Source of the DNA: Minisyncoccota bacterium
GTDB taxonomy: Bacteria; Patescibacteriota; Minisyncoccia; Phycocordibacterales; UBA9973
DNA: 64,000 nt
Direction: 5' to 3'
Assembly (NCBI GenBank): GCA_018061145.1
Contig: JAGOUR010000001.1
Coordinates: 76,793-140,792, forward strand
How positions within the stretch are numbered: position 1 is the first letter of the stretch; each line of letters begins with the position of its first letter. Made by a program: the position numbers and the translations under genes. Shown piece by piece: positions 9,297 to 19,562 of the stretch. The notes below the pieces were generated by a model. That model was not told the DNA's origin, ran no database searches, and was given only the letters and a program-made list of their open reading frames with translations.

Positions 9297-9728
9297 TTTA
9301 CCTTCTTTTGATTTTATTTCTTTTACCTCTTGCTCTATCTTGTTTAAGTGTAGTTCTATGTGCTCGAGCATGTCTTCCTCTATCTCTTCTGCCAATTCCA
9401 CCTCCTCCTCAGTCTTTTCAGTGACCTTTTTTTGTCTTCGGAGCCCTGACATTATAATCATATCTCCGACAAACATAGATACTAGCAGTCCTGTGAGTAG
9501 TAGCCCTGCAGTGGCCCAGACAGCAGAAACGACAGGATGAAAGACAAATGACCATATACTATGACCACTCCCCTCGATCAGATCAGCTGTATGCCAAATA
9601 CCACGCCATAGTAGTACCAGAAAACAACTAGCCAATATAGAATATATTATCGGGTACTTTGAAAGGTGCCTTCTAATATTATCCTCTAATTTATCAAAAT
9701 AATTAAAAACTCTCTTATATAGACTCAT
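9294..9728 (-). CDS. Hypothetical membrane protein (2 predicted TM helices, acidic coiled-coil C-terminal tail)
   Basis: Hydrophobic stretches IIYSILASCFLVLLW and AVWATAGLLLTGLLVSMFV; C-terminus EEEVELAEEIEEDMLEHIELHLNKIEQEVKEIK. Confidence 0.5.
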   Translation of the reverse strand: MSLYKRVFNYFDKLEDNIRRHLSKYPIIYSILASCFLVLLWRGIWHTADLIEGSGHSIWSFVFHPVVSAVWATAGLLLTGLLVSMFVGDMIIMSGLRRQKKVTEKTEEEVELAEEIEEDMLEHIELHLNKIEQEVKEIKSKEGK

Positions 9729-9798
9729 ATAAGGGTATTATAGCATATATATTTATGACATTGAAATTTAAATAAAATATGTTATTATCTAATAACTT

Positions 9799-9851
9799 GG
9801 CCCTATCGTCTAACCAATTAGAATATAGCGGACATCGCCTTCTCCTGAAGG
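9799..9851 (+). pseudogene. Degenerate 5' fragment of tRNA-Glu (pseudo-tRNA) directly upstream of the intact gene
   Basis: GGCCCTATCGTCTAAC and GACATCGCCTTCTC are identical to the acceptor/D-stem and anticodon-stem parts of the downstream tRNA. The D-loop is replaced by CAATTAGAATATAGCG and there is no T-arm. Confidence 0.6.
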
Positions 9852-9864
9852 CTAAATAAATACT

Positions 9865-9939
9865 GGCCCTATCGTCTAACGGTTAGGACATCGCCTTCTC
9901 AAGGCGGTAATCAGGGTTCGATTCCCTGTAGGGTCACCA
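9865..9939 (+). tRNA. tRNA-Glu (anticodon CUC)
   Basis: Manual fold. The acceptor stem GGCCCTA pairs with TAGGGTC, followed by discriminator A and CCA. The anticodon stem is TCGCC/GGCGG with loop TTCTCAA (U33, anticodon CTC, A37). The T-arm is GGTTCGATTCC. Overall it resembles bacterial tRNA-Glu. Confidence 0.85.
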
Positions 9940-9948
9940 ATTCAAAAA

Positions 9949-9977
9949 TGAGTCCGACGAGAGTCGGGCCATTTTTG
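9949..9977 (+). terminator. Intrinsic terminator after the tRNA
   Basis: GAGTCCGACgagaGTCGGGCC followed by ATTTTTGTTT. Confidence 0.65.
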
Positions 9978-9979
9978 TT

Positions 9980-10061
9980 TGGTGACCCTAAGCAAGCAAA
10001 CTGCTTTGCTTGCGTCAGGGAATCGAAAGACTTTTCTGTGCTACTTTGTAGCCAGAAAAGT
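9980..10061 (-). other. Inverted copy of the tRNA-Glu 3' end (T-arm plus acceptor) interrupted by a 26-nt hairpin insertion, followed by a second 9-bp-stem hairpin
   Basis: TGGTGACCCT...CAGGGAATCGAA is the reverse complement of TTCGATTCCCTG.AGGGTCACCA. The inserted GCAAGCAAActgcTTTGCTTGC hairpin replaces one nucleotide of the copy. The adjacent hairpin is ACTTTTCTG-n14-CAGAAAAGT at 10030-10061. Confidence 0.55.
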
Positions 10062-10092
10062 ACCCGCGACCGTAGGGCGAGATACTCCCTGT

Positions 10093-10131
10093 GAAATAAA
10101 AAGAGCCTTGATTTTCATCAAGACTCTTTTG
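10093..10131. terminator. Bidirectional terminator downstream of the PIN-PhoH gene
   Basis: AGAGCCTTGATtttcATCAAGACTCT flanked by an A-run and a T-run. Confidence 0.7.
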
Positions 10132-10154
10132 GGTATTAAACACAAAGTTACAAT

Positions 10155-11579
10155 TTACAATAATTTGCCAGCCAACTCAGCAAGTGGAGATCTTTCGCTC
10201 TTTAATAGATGAATGTGTGTATGCAATTCTTGGCCACGAAAACGATCAATCACATAGCTAAAACCATTGGATCTTTCATCAAGGAAAGGGCTATCAATCT
10301 GGTGAGTATCCCCTATCAAAATGATTTTGGTTCCGGCACCAGCACGTGTGATGATAGTCTTTACTTCATGTGGAGTCAGATTTTGAGCCTCATCAATAAT
10401 AAAAAAAATGTTTCTCAGGCTCCTACCACGGATAAAACCAAGAGCTTCTACTGAAAAAATTTCCTTGTTCTTAAACTCTGCAATAAGACTTTTACTTTTA
10501 TCAGACAATGACTCGAGGTACTCCAAATTGTCAACCATACCACCCATAAATGGATTCATCTTGTCTTTGGCATCACCAGGCAAAAAGCCAATTTCCGAAG
10601 CACCAACAGATATAATCTTGCGAGCAAAAAATATCTTATGATAACGTCCTTTATTATCCTTCTTTACCTGTTCAAACGCACAAGCCAATGATATCAGAGT
10701 CTTTCCTGTACCTGCTTCGCCTTCTATTGTGACGATTGGGATATTTGGATCCATTAATGCATTCATTGAGAAAGCCTGTTCTGAATTTTTAGGCTTGATA
10801 TTGAATGCATACATGCCATCCTTTTTAATAAGCTTTAAAGCACCACCAAAATGAACAACCATAGCAGTCTTGTTCCCATGGACACACTTTAAAATAAAGT
10901 TTTGATTAGCAGCTGCACCCTTTATAGGATAAGAAACCTCCTGGTTTTTATAAAGCATATCTATTAATTCCTCAGGCACTTTTATTGTTTTTATTTCTTC
11001 CGACAAGAAGTCCACGTTAGAAACTTTTTCAAAAAGAAAATCTTGCGCAATAATACCAAGGGACCGGGCTTTAACCAAAACATTTACATCTTTTGATACC
11101 AGCACAACCTGTCTATTTTGATGCTTTAATTTTAGTTCATAGGCGATATTGATAATCGAATTGTCCACACTCTCTGGATACAATTGAACTTTTACAAATT
11201 CCGAGTATGGCTTATTTAAAACTACAGTTAAAATGCCCATTCCCTTACCCAAAGAAACACCACCATTGAACCCCTCTCTTGATGAAATTTTATCTAACTG
11301 ACGCAAAAAACTCCTTGCATTTAGATTGATAGTATCAGAACCTTTTTTGAACTGATCAATCTCAGTTATTACAACAAGTGGAATGACAATATCATTGTCA
11401 TCAAAACATCGGAGGCAATTGGGGTCGTGTAATGGAACATTAGTATCCAGAACCATGATCTTTTTAACTTTAAGAACTTTTGCCTTTTTTGTAGGGCCTT
11501 TAGTTCTTTTTAAAGAAACTTTTTTAAGGGCAACAGTAGAATCATCGGATCCATTTGTTTTTTTGCTTGATTGTGGCAT
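10155..11579 (-). CDS. ylaK: PIN-domain / PhoH-like ATPase (PhoH2/YlaK family)
   Basis: The N-terminal PIN-like region is IMVLDTNVPLHD...VVITEIDQFKKG. It is followed by a PhoH P-loop NTPase with Walker A (GEAGTGKT) and Walker B (FFIIDEAQN) motifs. Confidence 0.85.
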   Translation of the reverse strand: MPQSSKKTNGSDDSTVALKKVSLKRTKGPTKKAKVLKVKKIMVLDTNVPLHDPNCLRCFDDNDIVIPLVVITEIDQFKKGSDTINLNARSFLRQLDKISSREGFNGGVSLGKGMGILTVVLNKPYSEFVKVQLYPESVDNSIINIAYELKLKHQNRQVVLVSKDVNVLVKARSLGIIAQDFLFEKVSNVDFLSEEIKTIKVPEELIDMLYKNQEVSYPIKGAAANQNFILKCVHGNKTAMVVHFGGALKLIKKDGMYAFNIKPKNSEQAFSMNALMDPNIPIVTIEGEAGTGKTLISLACAFEQVKKDNKGRYHKIFFARKIISVGASEIGFLPGDAKDKMNPFMGGMVDNLEYLESLSDKSKSLIAEFKNKEIFSVEALGFIRGRSLRNIFFIIDEAQNLTPHEVKTIITRAGAGTKIILIGDTHQIDSPFLDERSNGFSYVIDRFRGQELHTHIHLLKSERSPLAELAGKLL

Positions 11580-11688
11580 GACTATTAAATTTTTAGTGAA
11601 TTTATGCTCAGTCTACTCTATATCAAGGCTTAAGTCAAAAAATAAAAAACCCTAAAACCTTGCAGATTTTAGGGTATTCTACATAATA

Positions 11689-13017
11689 TTATCTATTCTT
11701 CCATTCTCTCTCCTGTCGACAAAGAATCTTATTTGCAGTGCTAGGATCTGCCATGATGGCTTCTACGGCGCGCTCGAGGCGTACACTCTGCGAACCCTTG
11801 ATCAACACCACATCACCATTTTCAATCACTCCAGCAAGAAACTTACCACAGGTGACAGATGATTCGAAACTATAAATCTCCTTTATTGGAAAACCTTTTT
11901 CAAGCGCCCCCTCAGCTATGAATTTTGACCTAGGACCAACTGTCACTATCATGTCTGCAATCTTGGCAGCCTCATACCCCACTTCCCTGTGGGATTCCTC
12001 GGCAAGTTTTCCAAGCTCAAGCATGTCACCTAGAACTAATATGGTCCTGTTCCCCTTTGTATCAGCTAAAAATCTCAGAGCTGCAAACACAGCCATAGGC
12101 GAAGAATTGTAAGTGTCATCTATAATAAAGGATTGATTCATGCCTTCTATTAGGGACATGCGTCCAGGTGGAGTGCGATATTCTACTAATTGTGAGATAG
12201 ATTGAAGGATATCGCATCCAGCTTCTTGGCCACAAGCAATAGCTGCCAATGCTGCCTCAACATAGTGCATACCTATCACATGAGGCATATTCACCGGAAA
12301 TACATTGCCATTATATCTAAGTTTAAACGTGACACCGTAGGGTATAACATGACTCTTGTTAGATGCCAATACCTCGTTTGATTCACTATATGTAGCAAGA
12401 ACGTTTGAACCATAAGAAACCACACGATTCTTTACTTTTTTATGTAGAGCATAAACCTTTTCATCGTCATGGTTTAGAATCAACAATCCATCTTTCTTTA
12501 AACCAAAGGCCAGTGAACTCTTTTCCTCTATAATCCTCTCTGTTGTACCAAAGAATTCAACATGAACCGGCTTTTCTGGAAAGTGAGTGAGGACTACTAT
12601 ATCAGGTGCAAGCCACGATGCCACACTTGTGATATCACCTGGCTTACCTGCACCAACCTCGAGCACCAACCACTCTGGATAATCATATTTAAATATAATC
12701 AAAGCAAAACCTTTTAAAATATTTTCAATCCAAGCGATTGGATTGCTCCATGCATTGGGAACACCTATGATAGTCAGAGGTAGACCTATCTCGCTATTAA
12801 AACTCTTGTCGCTCTTGCGAACTGATTTAAAATGCGAAAGCACTAAAAAAATGGCATCTTTTGTAGAAGTCTTCCCAACGGATCCAGTGATCGCTACTAT
12901 TTTGGGATTGTATTTTTTTAGTATCTTTTTTGATTGCCAAAAAAGTATATTAACTATTATCTTTTTAAAAGTTGGTTTTAATGTTTTCATATATCTATCT
13001 ATCTGGTGGTACATCAT
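11689..13017 (-). CDS. murF: UDP-N-acetylmuramoyl-tripeptide--D-alanyl-D-alanine ligase
   Basis: Mur ligase P-loop ITGSVGKTSTKD, middle and C-terminal Mur ligase domains, and its position at the end of the dcw cluster. Confidence 0.85.
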   Translation of the reverse strand: MMYHQIDRYMKTLKPTFKKIIVNILFWQSKKILKKYNPKIVAITGSVGKTSTKDAIFLVLSHFKSVRKSDKSFNSEIGLPLTIIGVPNAWSNPIAWIENILKGFALIIFKYDYPEWLVLEVGAGKPGDITSVASWLAPDIVVLTHFPEKPVHVEFFGTTERIIEEKSSLAFGLKKDGLLILNHDDEKVYALHKKVKNRVVSYGSNVLATYSESNEVLASNKSHVIPYGVTFKLRYNGNVFPVNMPHVIGMHYVEAALAAIACGQEAGCDILQSISQLVEYRTPPGRMSLIEGMNQSFIIDDTYNSSPMAVFAALRFLADTKGNRTILVLGDMLELGKLAEESHREVGYEAAKIADMIVTVGPRSKFIAEGALEKGFPIKEIYSFESSVTCGKFLAGVIENGDVVLIKGSQSVRLERAVEAIMADPSTANKILCRQEREWKNR

Positions 13018-14704
13018 AATAATTTAATAGGAATTTTGCAGTATTAACAAAAGATGGGATAAGTGTTTGTGAAGCATAATTTACCTGCTTGGGGTTGTTT
13101 ATAAACATGAATACAACAAACTTTGGGTCATAAGCTGGGAAATACCCGAAAAATGAGTGAGTATGCTTGTCCTTATAATAGCCTCCTTCTGTAGGATTGG
13201 CTACTTGTGCTGTACCAGTCTTTGTGGCGATACTATAACGCGCTTGCTTGTATGTGCCACCACCGTATGATTCAAATACATGGACTAGCATGCGAGTGAT
13301 AGTATCCGTAGATTCTTTTTTTAGTATCCCCGTACGTGTCGGCTCGTATTCTATATTCTTAGATAGTCCATTTTCGTATCGTATCTGCTTTACTAGATGC
13401 GGCACCACAAGATTGCCCCCATTCGCCAATACAGCAAATGAACGCACTGCTTCTATGGGAGTCAAGGCTATACCCTGCCCAAAAGATGCAGTCGCATACT
13501 CGATGTCACGGGGACTCTCTAGGTTTTTAATCAGACCACTTGTCTCATTTGGTAGATCGATACCAGTCTTCTCTCCTATACCATAACTTTTCATATATGA
13601 TCGAAAACTATCATGACCCATCTGTCTTTCCACAAAAATCATACCAGTGTTAAGAGATTCATCTAGTACTCTTTGCATCGTAGTATTCTTACCACGAGCT
13701 TTTTTATCGAAGTTAAATATTTGTCTTTTCTCTATAATCAGACTACCCGTATCGGTATATGTAGTCTCTGGTGTGATTACGCCCTTGTCTATGGCAGCTG
13801 CTACAACCAAAGGCTTCATAACTGAACCAAATTCAAGAACATTCTCCACCAAGGGATTGCGGTATACTTTTGAATCAGAAACTTTTCCAAACTCGTTTAA
13901 ATCAAAATCAGGATACCCCATCATGGCATAGATCTCGCCGGTCTGAGGATTCATAATGATAGCTCCAGCTGCATCTGCATTCCACTTCTCTACTGTTTTT
14001 TTCATCTCGTCTTCTAGTGTCTGCTGTACTGTGGGTTCAATAGTAGTGACGATATCCCCGGTCTCTGTACCTGTAACAGTGCTCTTTATATTTGAAAATA
14101 CTTCTGCAAAAAAGTTTAAGTAAGCCTGATCTTTTGGCTTTGAGAGTGTCGTATTATAGAATCTCTCTAAACCGTACTGGCCAGTCAATTCATCACCTTT
14201 GTATGATATGAATCCGAGAGTCTGAGATGCAAGACTACCACCAGGATAGAATCGCCACTTTTCCTTGTAGTTAAACACACCAGGCAATTTCATATTCTTT
14301 ATCTCATCTGCCTGCTCTTTTGTTAGATGGGTGGCAACTTCTTCGTATGGATCATTTTTCTTTGTTGCCTTTTGAATAAAAGTGTCACGTTCGAGTTTTG
14401 TGTATGGTGACAAAGCTGTATACAGGGCATCGGGATCCTTTACATCCTTTGTTTTTATAGCAACTTTGAATCCAGACATCATAGCACCAGCAGCAACCAA
14501 TGACCCATCCTTTTTTGTAAAGAAAATTGAGCCGCGATTCAAAATATTACCAGATGGAGTAGAGTACTGCTTGTCTGCTTTCTCTAAATAGTCATCCTTG
14601 TGAATGATCTGCACATAAAAAAGCTTTGCTATCAATATGAAAGCAAAGAATAAAACAAAACCCGACATAAATCGTATGCGTGTTTTAAAAGATGCAGTGT
14701 TCAT
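12995..14704 (-). CDS. ftsI: Peptidoglycan D,D-transpeptidase FtsI / class B PBP
   Basis: N-terminal TM anchor, SxxK motif (GSVMKP), KTGT motif (ATKTGTAQ), and a dcw-cluster position after ftsL. Confidence 0.9.
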   Translation of the reverse strand: MNTASFKTRIRFMSGFVLFFAFILIAKLFYVQIIHKDDYLEKADKQYSTPSGNILNRGSIFFTKKDGSLVAAGAMMSGFKVAIKTKDVKDPDALYTALSPYTKLERDTFIQKATKKNDPYEEVATHLTKEQADEIKNMKLPGVFNYKEKWRFYPGGSLASQTLGFISYKGDELTGQYGLERFYNTTLSKPKDQAYLNFFAEVFSNIKSTVTGTETGDIVTTIEPTVQQTLEDEMKKTVEKWNADAAGAIIMNPQTGEIYAMMGYPDFDLNEFGKVSDSKVYRNPLVENVLEFGSVMKPLVVAAAIDKGVITPETTYTDTGSLIIEKRQIFNFDKKARGKNTTMQRVLDESLNTGMIFVERQMGHDSFRSYMKSYGIGEKTGIDLPNETSGLIKNLESPRDIEYATASFGQGIALTPIEAVRSFAVLANGGNLVVPHLVKQIRYENGLSKNIEYEPTRTGILKKESTDTITRMLVHVFESYGGGTYKQARYSIATKTGTAQVANPTEGGYYKDKHTHSFFGYFPAYDPKFVVFMFINNPKQVNYASQTLIPSFVNTAKFLLNYYDVPPDR

Positions 14705-15030
14705 TATCTAAGAGCAACACGAGATGCAACAGAACGTGTAGCAAATATTGGCGAAGTGGCATCGACAAAGCCGACAGACAAAGCAAAATTTTTATCCACA
14801 GAGTTTGAAGATGCTAAATATGAAAGCTCTAGATTACTGACACGACTACCTAACTCGTGCATATTTGTCTCGAGAGTCTTGCGTGCGATGACATTGAAAG
14901 TGATTGAACCAATAAAATAGATATAAACCATAGCCAGCAAAACAAGAGAAGAAACTAGTACTCTAAAAACGATGCGCTGCATGTTCATATCTGTACCTAA
15001 TGTTTGTGTTATTTCTTTTGCTTTATTCAT
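14704..15030 (-). CDS. ftsL: Cell division protein FtsL-like (small bitopic membrane protein)
   Basis: 108 aa with a single TM helix (VLVSSLVLLAMVYIYFIG) and a position between rsmH and ftsI. Confidence 0.65.
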   Translation of the reverse strand: MNKAKEITQTLGTDMNMQRIVFRVLVSSLVLLAMVYIYFIGSITFNVIARKTLETNMHELGSRVSNLELSYLASSNSVDKNFALSVGFVDATSPIFATRSVASRVALR

Positions 15031-15047
15031 GATTTTAATCTACTTAA

Positions 15048-15941
15048 TTATAATTTTTCGATGACTCTCAATTTTGCGCTTCTTGAACGACTATTTTCTC
15101 TTATCTCCTCAGTGGTGGGTACAATTGGCTTTTTTGTGATTATTGTTGCTACACCTTCTTCTTTTAACTTTACAAATGCACGCTTTACTATCCTGTCCTC
15201 CAAGCTATGAAAGCTGATTATCGCTATACGTCCCCCAGTAGATAACCTATGAAATCCTTTTTCAATTACCTTCTCTAGATTAATCAATTCACTGTTAGTA
15301 GCGATACGTAATGCCTGGAATGTCCTCGTGGCTGGATGAATCTTTAAACTCTTGTATCTACGACCGATGCAATCCTCTAAAATCTTAACTAAATCAAATG
15401 TTGTCTCGATCTTTTTAATCTTGCGAGCTGCGACTATAGATCCGGCAATGATTCTAGAATACTTTTCTTCACCAAAACCATATATGATATCTGCAATATT
15501 TTCTTCATCCCAATTGTTCACTATATCCATTGCTGTCAGATCCTCGTCTGTCGGCTCCTTCTTCATAGTCATCAGGAGCGGCTCGTCTCGAAGGAATGAG
15601 AATCCTCTACCCCCAATATCAAGCTCAAATGAACTAATCCCTAAGTCCAACATAATCCTATCTACACTCGGAGTATTCATCTCATCTAAGATTTTGTCGA
15701 TATCCTGGAATCCTGCAATCTTGAATACTGTGTCATGATCCATATCTTTCAGACTCTCTTGTGCACGATGCATAGCATCACTATCTAGGTCTAGGCCGAT
15801 CACCTTTACAGCACTGCCATATCGGTGGACGATCTCTCGTGTATGGCCGCCTCCTCCGAGTGTGCCATCAACGATGATATCACCAGCCTTTATACCTAAT
15901 CCATCTACAGTCTCATGTAGGAGTACAGAAATATGCTTCAT
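15048..15941 (-). CDS. rsmH: 16S rRNA (cytosine1402-N4)-methyltransferase RsmH (MraW)
   Basis: SAM-binding motif DGTLGGGGHT and RsmH family conservation, positioned after mraZ. Confidence 0.92.
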   Translation of the reverse strand: MKHISVLLHETVDGLGIKAGDIIVDGTLGGGGHTREIVHRYGSAVKVIGLDLDSDAMHRAQESLKDMDHDTVFKIAGFQDIDKILDEMNTPSVDRIMLDLGISSFELDIGGRGFSFLRDEPLLMTMKKEPTDEDLTAMDIVNNWDEENIADIIYGFGEEKYSRIIAGSIVAARKIKKIETTFDLVKILEDCIGRRYKSLKIHPATRTFQALRIATNSELINLEKVIEKGFHRLSTGGRIAIISFHSLEDRIVKRAFVKLKEEGVATIITKKPIVPTTEEIRENSRSRSAKLRVIEKL

Positions 15942-15946
15942 ATATT

Positions 15947-16393
15947 TTAAAGAACACCCACCTGTCCTAATTTATCAGCCAAAGCATCGGCCTCTTTTTC
16001 AACCACTTTCTTGTAATCATTCCAAGCTTTTTCATTCCAGATTTCAGCACGGTTTTGCACACCGATGACGATCACCTCGCGAGTAAGCTTTGAACGAATC
16101 TTTAAATTTTCCGGAATCAATATTCGGCCACTGGCGTCCACATCAGCTAGGACGGCCTGACCAAACATAAATCGCGAGAAACTTCTGTTGTCTGCCTGGA
16201 GCATAGATGACTCCGAGAGCTTTGAAGAGATCTTCTCCCACTCTTTTACCGTGAAGAGCGAAAGACATCCATCTAGTCCCGGAGCCACAACAACACACTT
16301 GCCCATCTCCTTGCGGAACTTAACGGGTAGAGACATTCTATTCTTCTCATCTAGTGTGTGTTTGTATTCTCCAATTAGCATGGCAGCAGGCAA
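15947..16393 (-). CDS. mraZ: Transcriptional regulator MraZ
   Basis: MLIGEYKHTLDEKNRMSLPVKFRKEMG...VIGVQNRAEIWNEKAW shows the tandem MraZ/AbrB-like repeats. It is the first gene of the dcw cluster. Confidence 0.9.
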   Translation of the reverse strand: MPAAMLIGEYKHTLDEKNRMSLPVKFRKEMGKCVVVAPGLDGCLSLFTVKEWEKISSKLSESSMLQADNRSFSRFMFGQAVLADVDASGRILIPENLKIRSKLTREVIVIGVQNRAEIWNEKAWNDYKKVVEKEADALADKLGQVGVL

Positions 16394-16423
16394 GATTTTG
16401 TAATTAAAAATGATTAAAATCTA

Positions 16424-16493
16424 ATCATCCCACATCATCCCACTTGTATACATTATACTCCACTCTATCCCACACTGCAACAAAAAATCCCAC
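16424..16493 (-). promoter_or_regulatory. mraZ promoter with four direct GTGGGAT (MraZ-box-like) repeats
   Basis: On the minus strand, GTGGGAT is repeated at 10/20/30-bp spacings (plus-strand ATCCCAC at 16427, 16437, 16467, 16487). The repeats flank a TATAAT at 16452-16457, with TTGCAG 16-17 bp upstream. Confidence 0.65.
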
Positions 16494-16535
16494 AATAACT
16501 GTGGATAACTTTCCTAAAAATACCCTTATAACACA

Positions 16536-16566
16536 AACAAAAAAGCCGCACACAATATGTGTACGA
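16536..16566 (-). terminator. Putative terminator after purA
   Basis: GTCGTACACatatTGTGTGCGGC on the minus strand followed by TTTTTTG; two G-U pairs in the stem. Confidence 0.55.
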
Positions 16567-16596
16567 CTTTTATAAATTTCTGACAAAAAAATTTAA

Positions 16597-17916
16597 CTAG
16601 CAATAAAATATGCCATCACGAGATGGACTAGTACCCACTCCTACTAGATTGGTTTCTGGATTATTCTCCTTTAACCATTCCTGCATAAATGAGATAAAAG
16701 TTTTCCCATAAATATTTGGTACACCATTTTTGTCGAATTTTATCTTCTCAAAAGGGTGATCTGAGTCCCCTTCCAATAAAGGAAAATTTTCATCAGACAA
16801 AACATCAAGCTTGTTGATAAACAAATCAGTCACTCCATTTATCCGTATAGCCTGCAGTACTAAATCCAAATGAGTAAAACCAACGCGTCGTTTTCTACCA
16901 GTAGTAGCACCATATTCATGACCCTTTTCACGAAGATACTCTGCTTTTTCAATATTCAGAATCTCTCCTGGGAATGGACCTTCGCCTACACGAGTAGCAT
17001 AAGCTTTAATGATGCCATATACACGGCGTACATAAGTAGGAGGAACAGATAAACCAACACATGCGCCTGCTGTAGTCGTGTGACTAGAAGTGACGTATGG
17101 ATAGTCCCCAATTTCTATATCCAGTAAAGAACCTTGGGCACCTTCAGCGAGAACATTTTTCCCCTGACGTAATTTCCTTAAAATATAATCATAACTTACA
17201 ATCATATCTTTTGTAATAGACAGAGAAAAAGCAGACATCCAACTACCATTCAACTCATCCAAATCAAAATTTTCAAGAAATTCTCCTCCACCCTGTAGAC
17301 GAATCATCTCTTTATGGAAATTGGTGATTTTAGTTAATTTTTGAGTGAAGTCTTTTTTGTAAAAATCACCAACATGCAACCCAACTCTACCGCAATGATC
17401 CTGATAAGCAGGTGTAATACCCCTCAGAGTAGAACCAATGGCATCTTTACCTTTCTGTTTTTCAGAAAATTTGTCTAGGATGATATGAATAGGGAGAATC
17501 AATTTTGCTCTTTCAGAGAAAAATAATCTACCCGAAACATCACCACCCATAGAAGAAATTGTATCCAAATCTTTTCGTACAGCATGTGGATCAACAACGC
17601 AACCATTCCCAATAAACAAAACTACACCAGGATTAAATGCACCTGATGGAATCTGGTTTACTACACCTGACATACCGTTGATCTCCAGAGAGTGACCAGC
17701 ATTCGGTCCTCCTTGGAAACGAGCAACAGTGTCATACTTTGGAGTGAGTACGTCGACAATTTTTCCTTTGCCTTCATCTCCCCACTGTAGACCCAGTACA
17801 ACATCCAAAGAGCCCAAACGAACTACTTCTACTGAATCTAGAACTTCATTGTGGGCATTTGATGATGGAGAACATAACCAAGTCCATAGTCTATCTAAAT
17901 AATTTTTCTTTTTCAT
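16597..17916 (-). CDS. purA: Adenylosuccinate synthetase
   Basis: GLQWGDEGKGKIVD P-loop and full-length PurA conservation. The annotated N-terminus is ~30 aa longer than typical, so the true start may be downstream or non-ATG. Confidence 0.9.
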   Translation of the reverse strand: MKKKNYLDRLWTWLCSPSSNAHNEVLDSVEVVRLGSLDVVLGLQWGDEGKGKIVDVLTPKYDTVARFQGGPNAGHSLEINGMSGVVNQIPSGAFNPGVVLFIGNGCVVDPHAVRKDLDTISSMGGDVSGRLFFSERAKLILPIHIILDKFSEKQKGKDAIGSTLRGITPAYQDHCGRVGLHVGDFYKKDFTQKLTKITNFHKEMIRLQGGGEFLENFDLDELNGSWMSAFSLSITKDMIVSYDYILRKLRQGKNVLAEGAQGSLLDIEIGDYPYVTSSHTTTAGACVGLSVPPTYVRRVYGIIKAYATRVGEGPFPGEILNIEKAEYLREKGHEYGATTGRKRRVGFTHLDLVLQAIRINGVTDLFINKLDVLSDENFPLLEGDSDHPFEKIKFDKNGVPNIYGKTFISFMQEWLKENNPETNLVGVGTSPSRDGIFYC

Positions 17917-17941
17917 ATCTGTCGTTTTTTAAAGTTTAAAA

Positions 17942-19456
<1,515 letters not shown>

Positions 19457-19508
19457 TTATTGTTATTAAATTATCGATTTTAACCCAAGATTACCAATGT
19501 TTTGACCG

Positions 19509-19549
19509 TAAGTCAAACCACCCGAAAGTGTAACTTTCGGGTGGTTTTT
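19509..19549. terminator. Strong stem-loop between the FAD-oxidase gene and guaB; the U-run is on the plus strand only
   Basis: AACCACCCGAAAGTgtaACTTTCGGGTGGTT followed by TTTTTAG on the plus strand. On the minus strand the trailing sequence is only weakly T-rich. Confidence 0.5.
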
Positions 19550-19562
19550 AGTATTATATTAA

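Noticed and set aside
6820-10150. Integrated prophage or integrative element at the tRNA-Glu locus
   Set aside because: No integrase, recombinase, capsid, terminase or transfer gene is present. The islet holds housekeeping-type genes (hpf, yggU). I report only the tRNA-fragment scars and the HTH gene as possible remnants, not a mobile-element call.
16394-16596. Possible small RNA or riboswitch in the 200-bp mraZ-purA intergenic region
   Set aside because: The conspicuous repeats are better explained as MraZ boxes plus the purA terminator. No riboswitch consensus (purine, ZTP, etc.) is recognisable.
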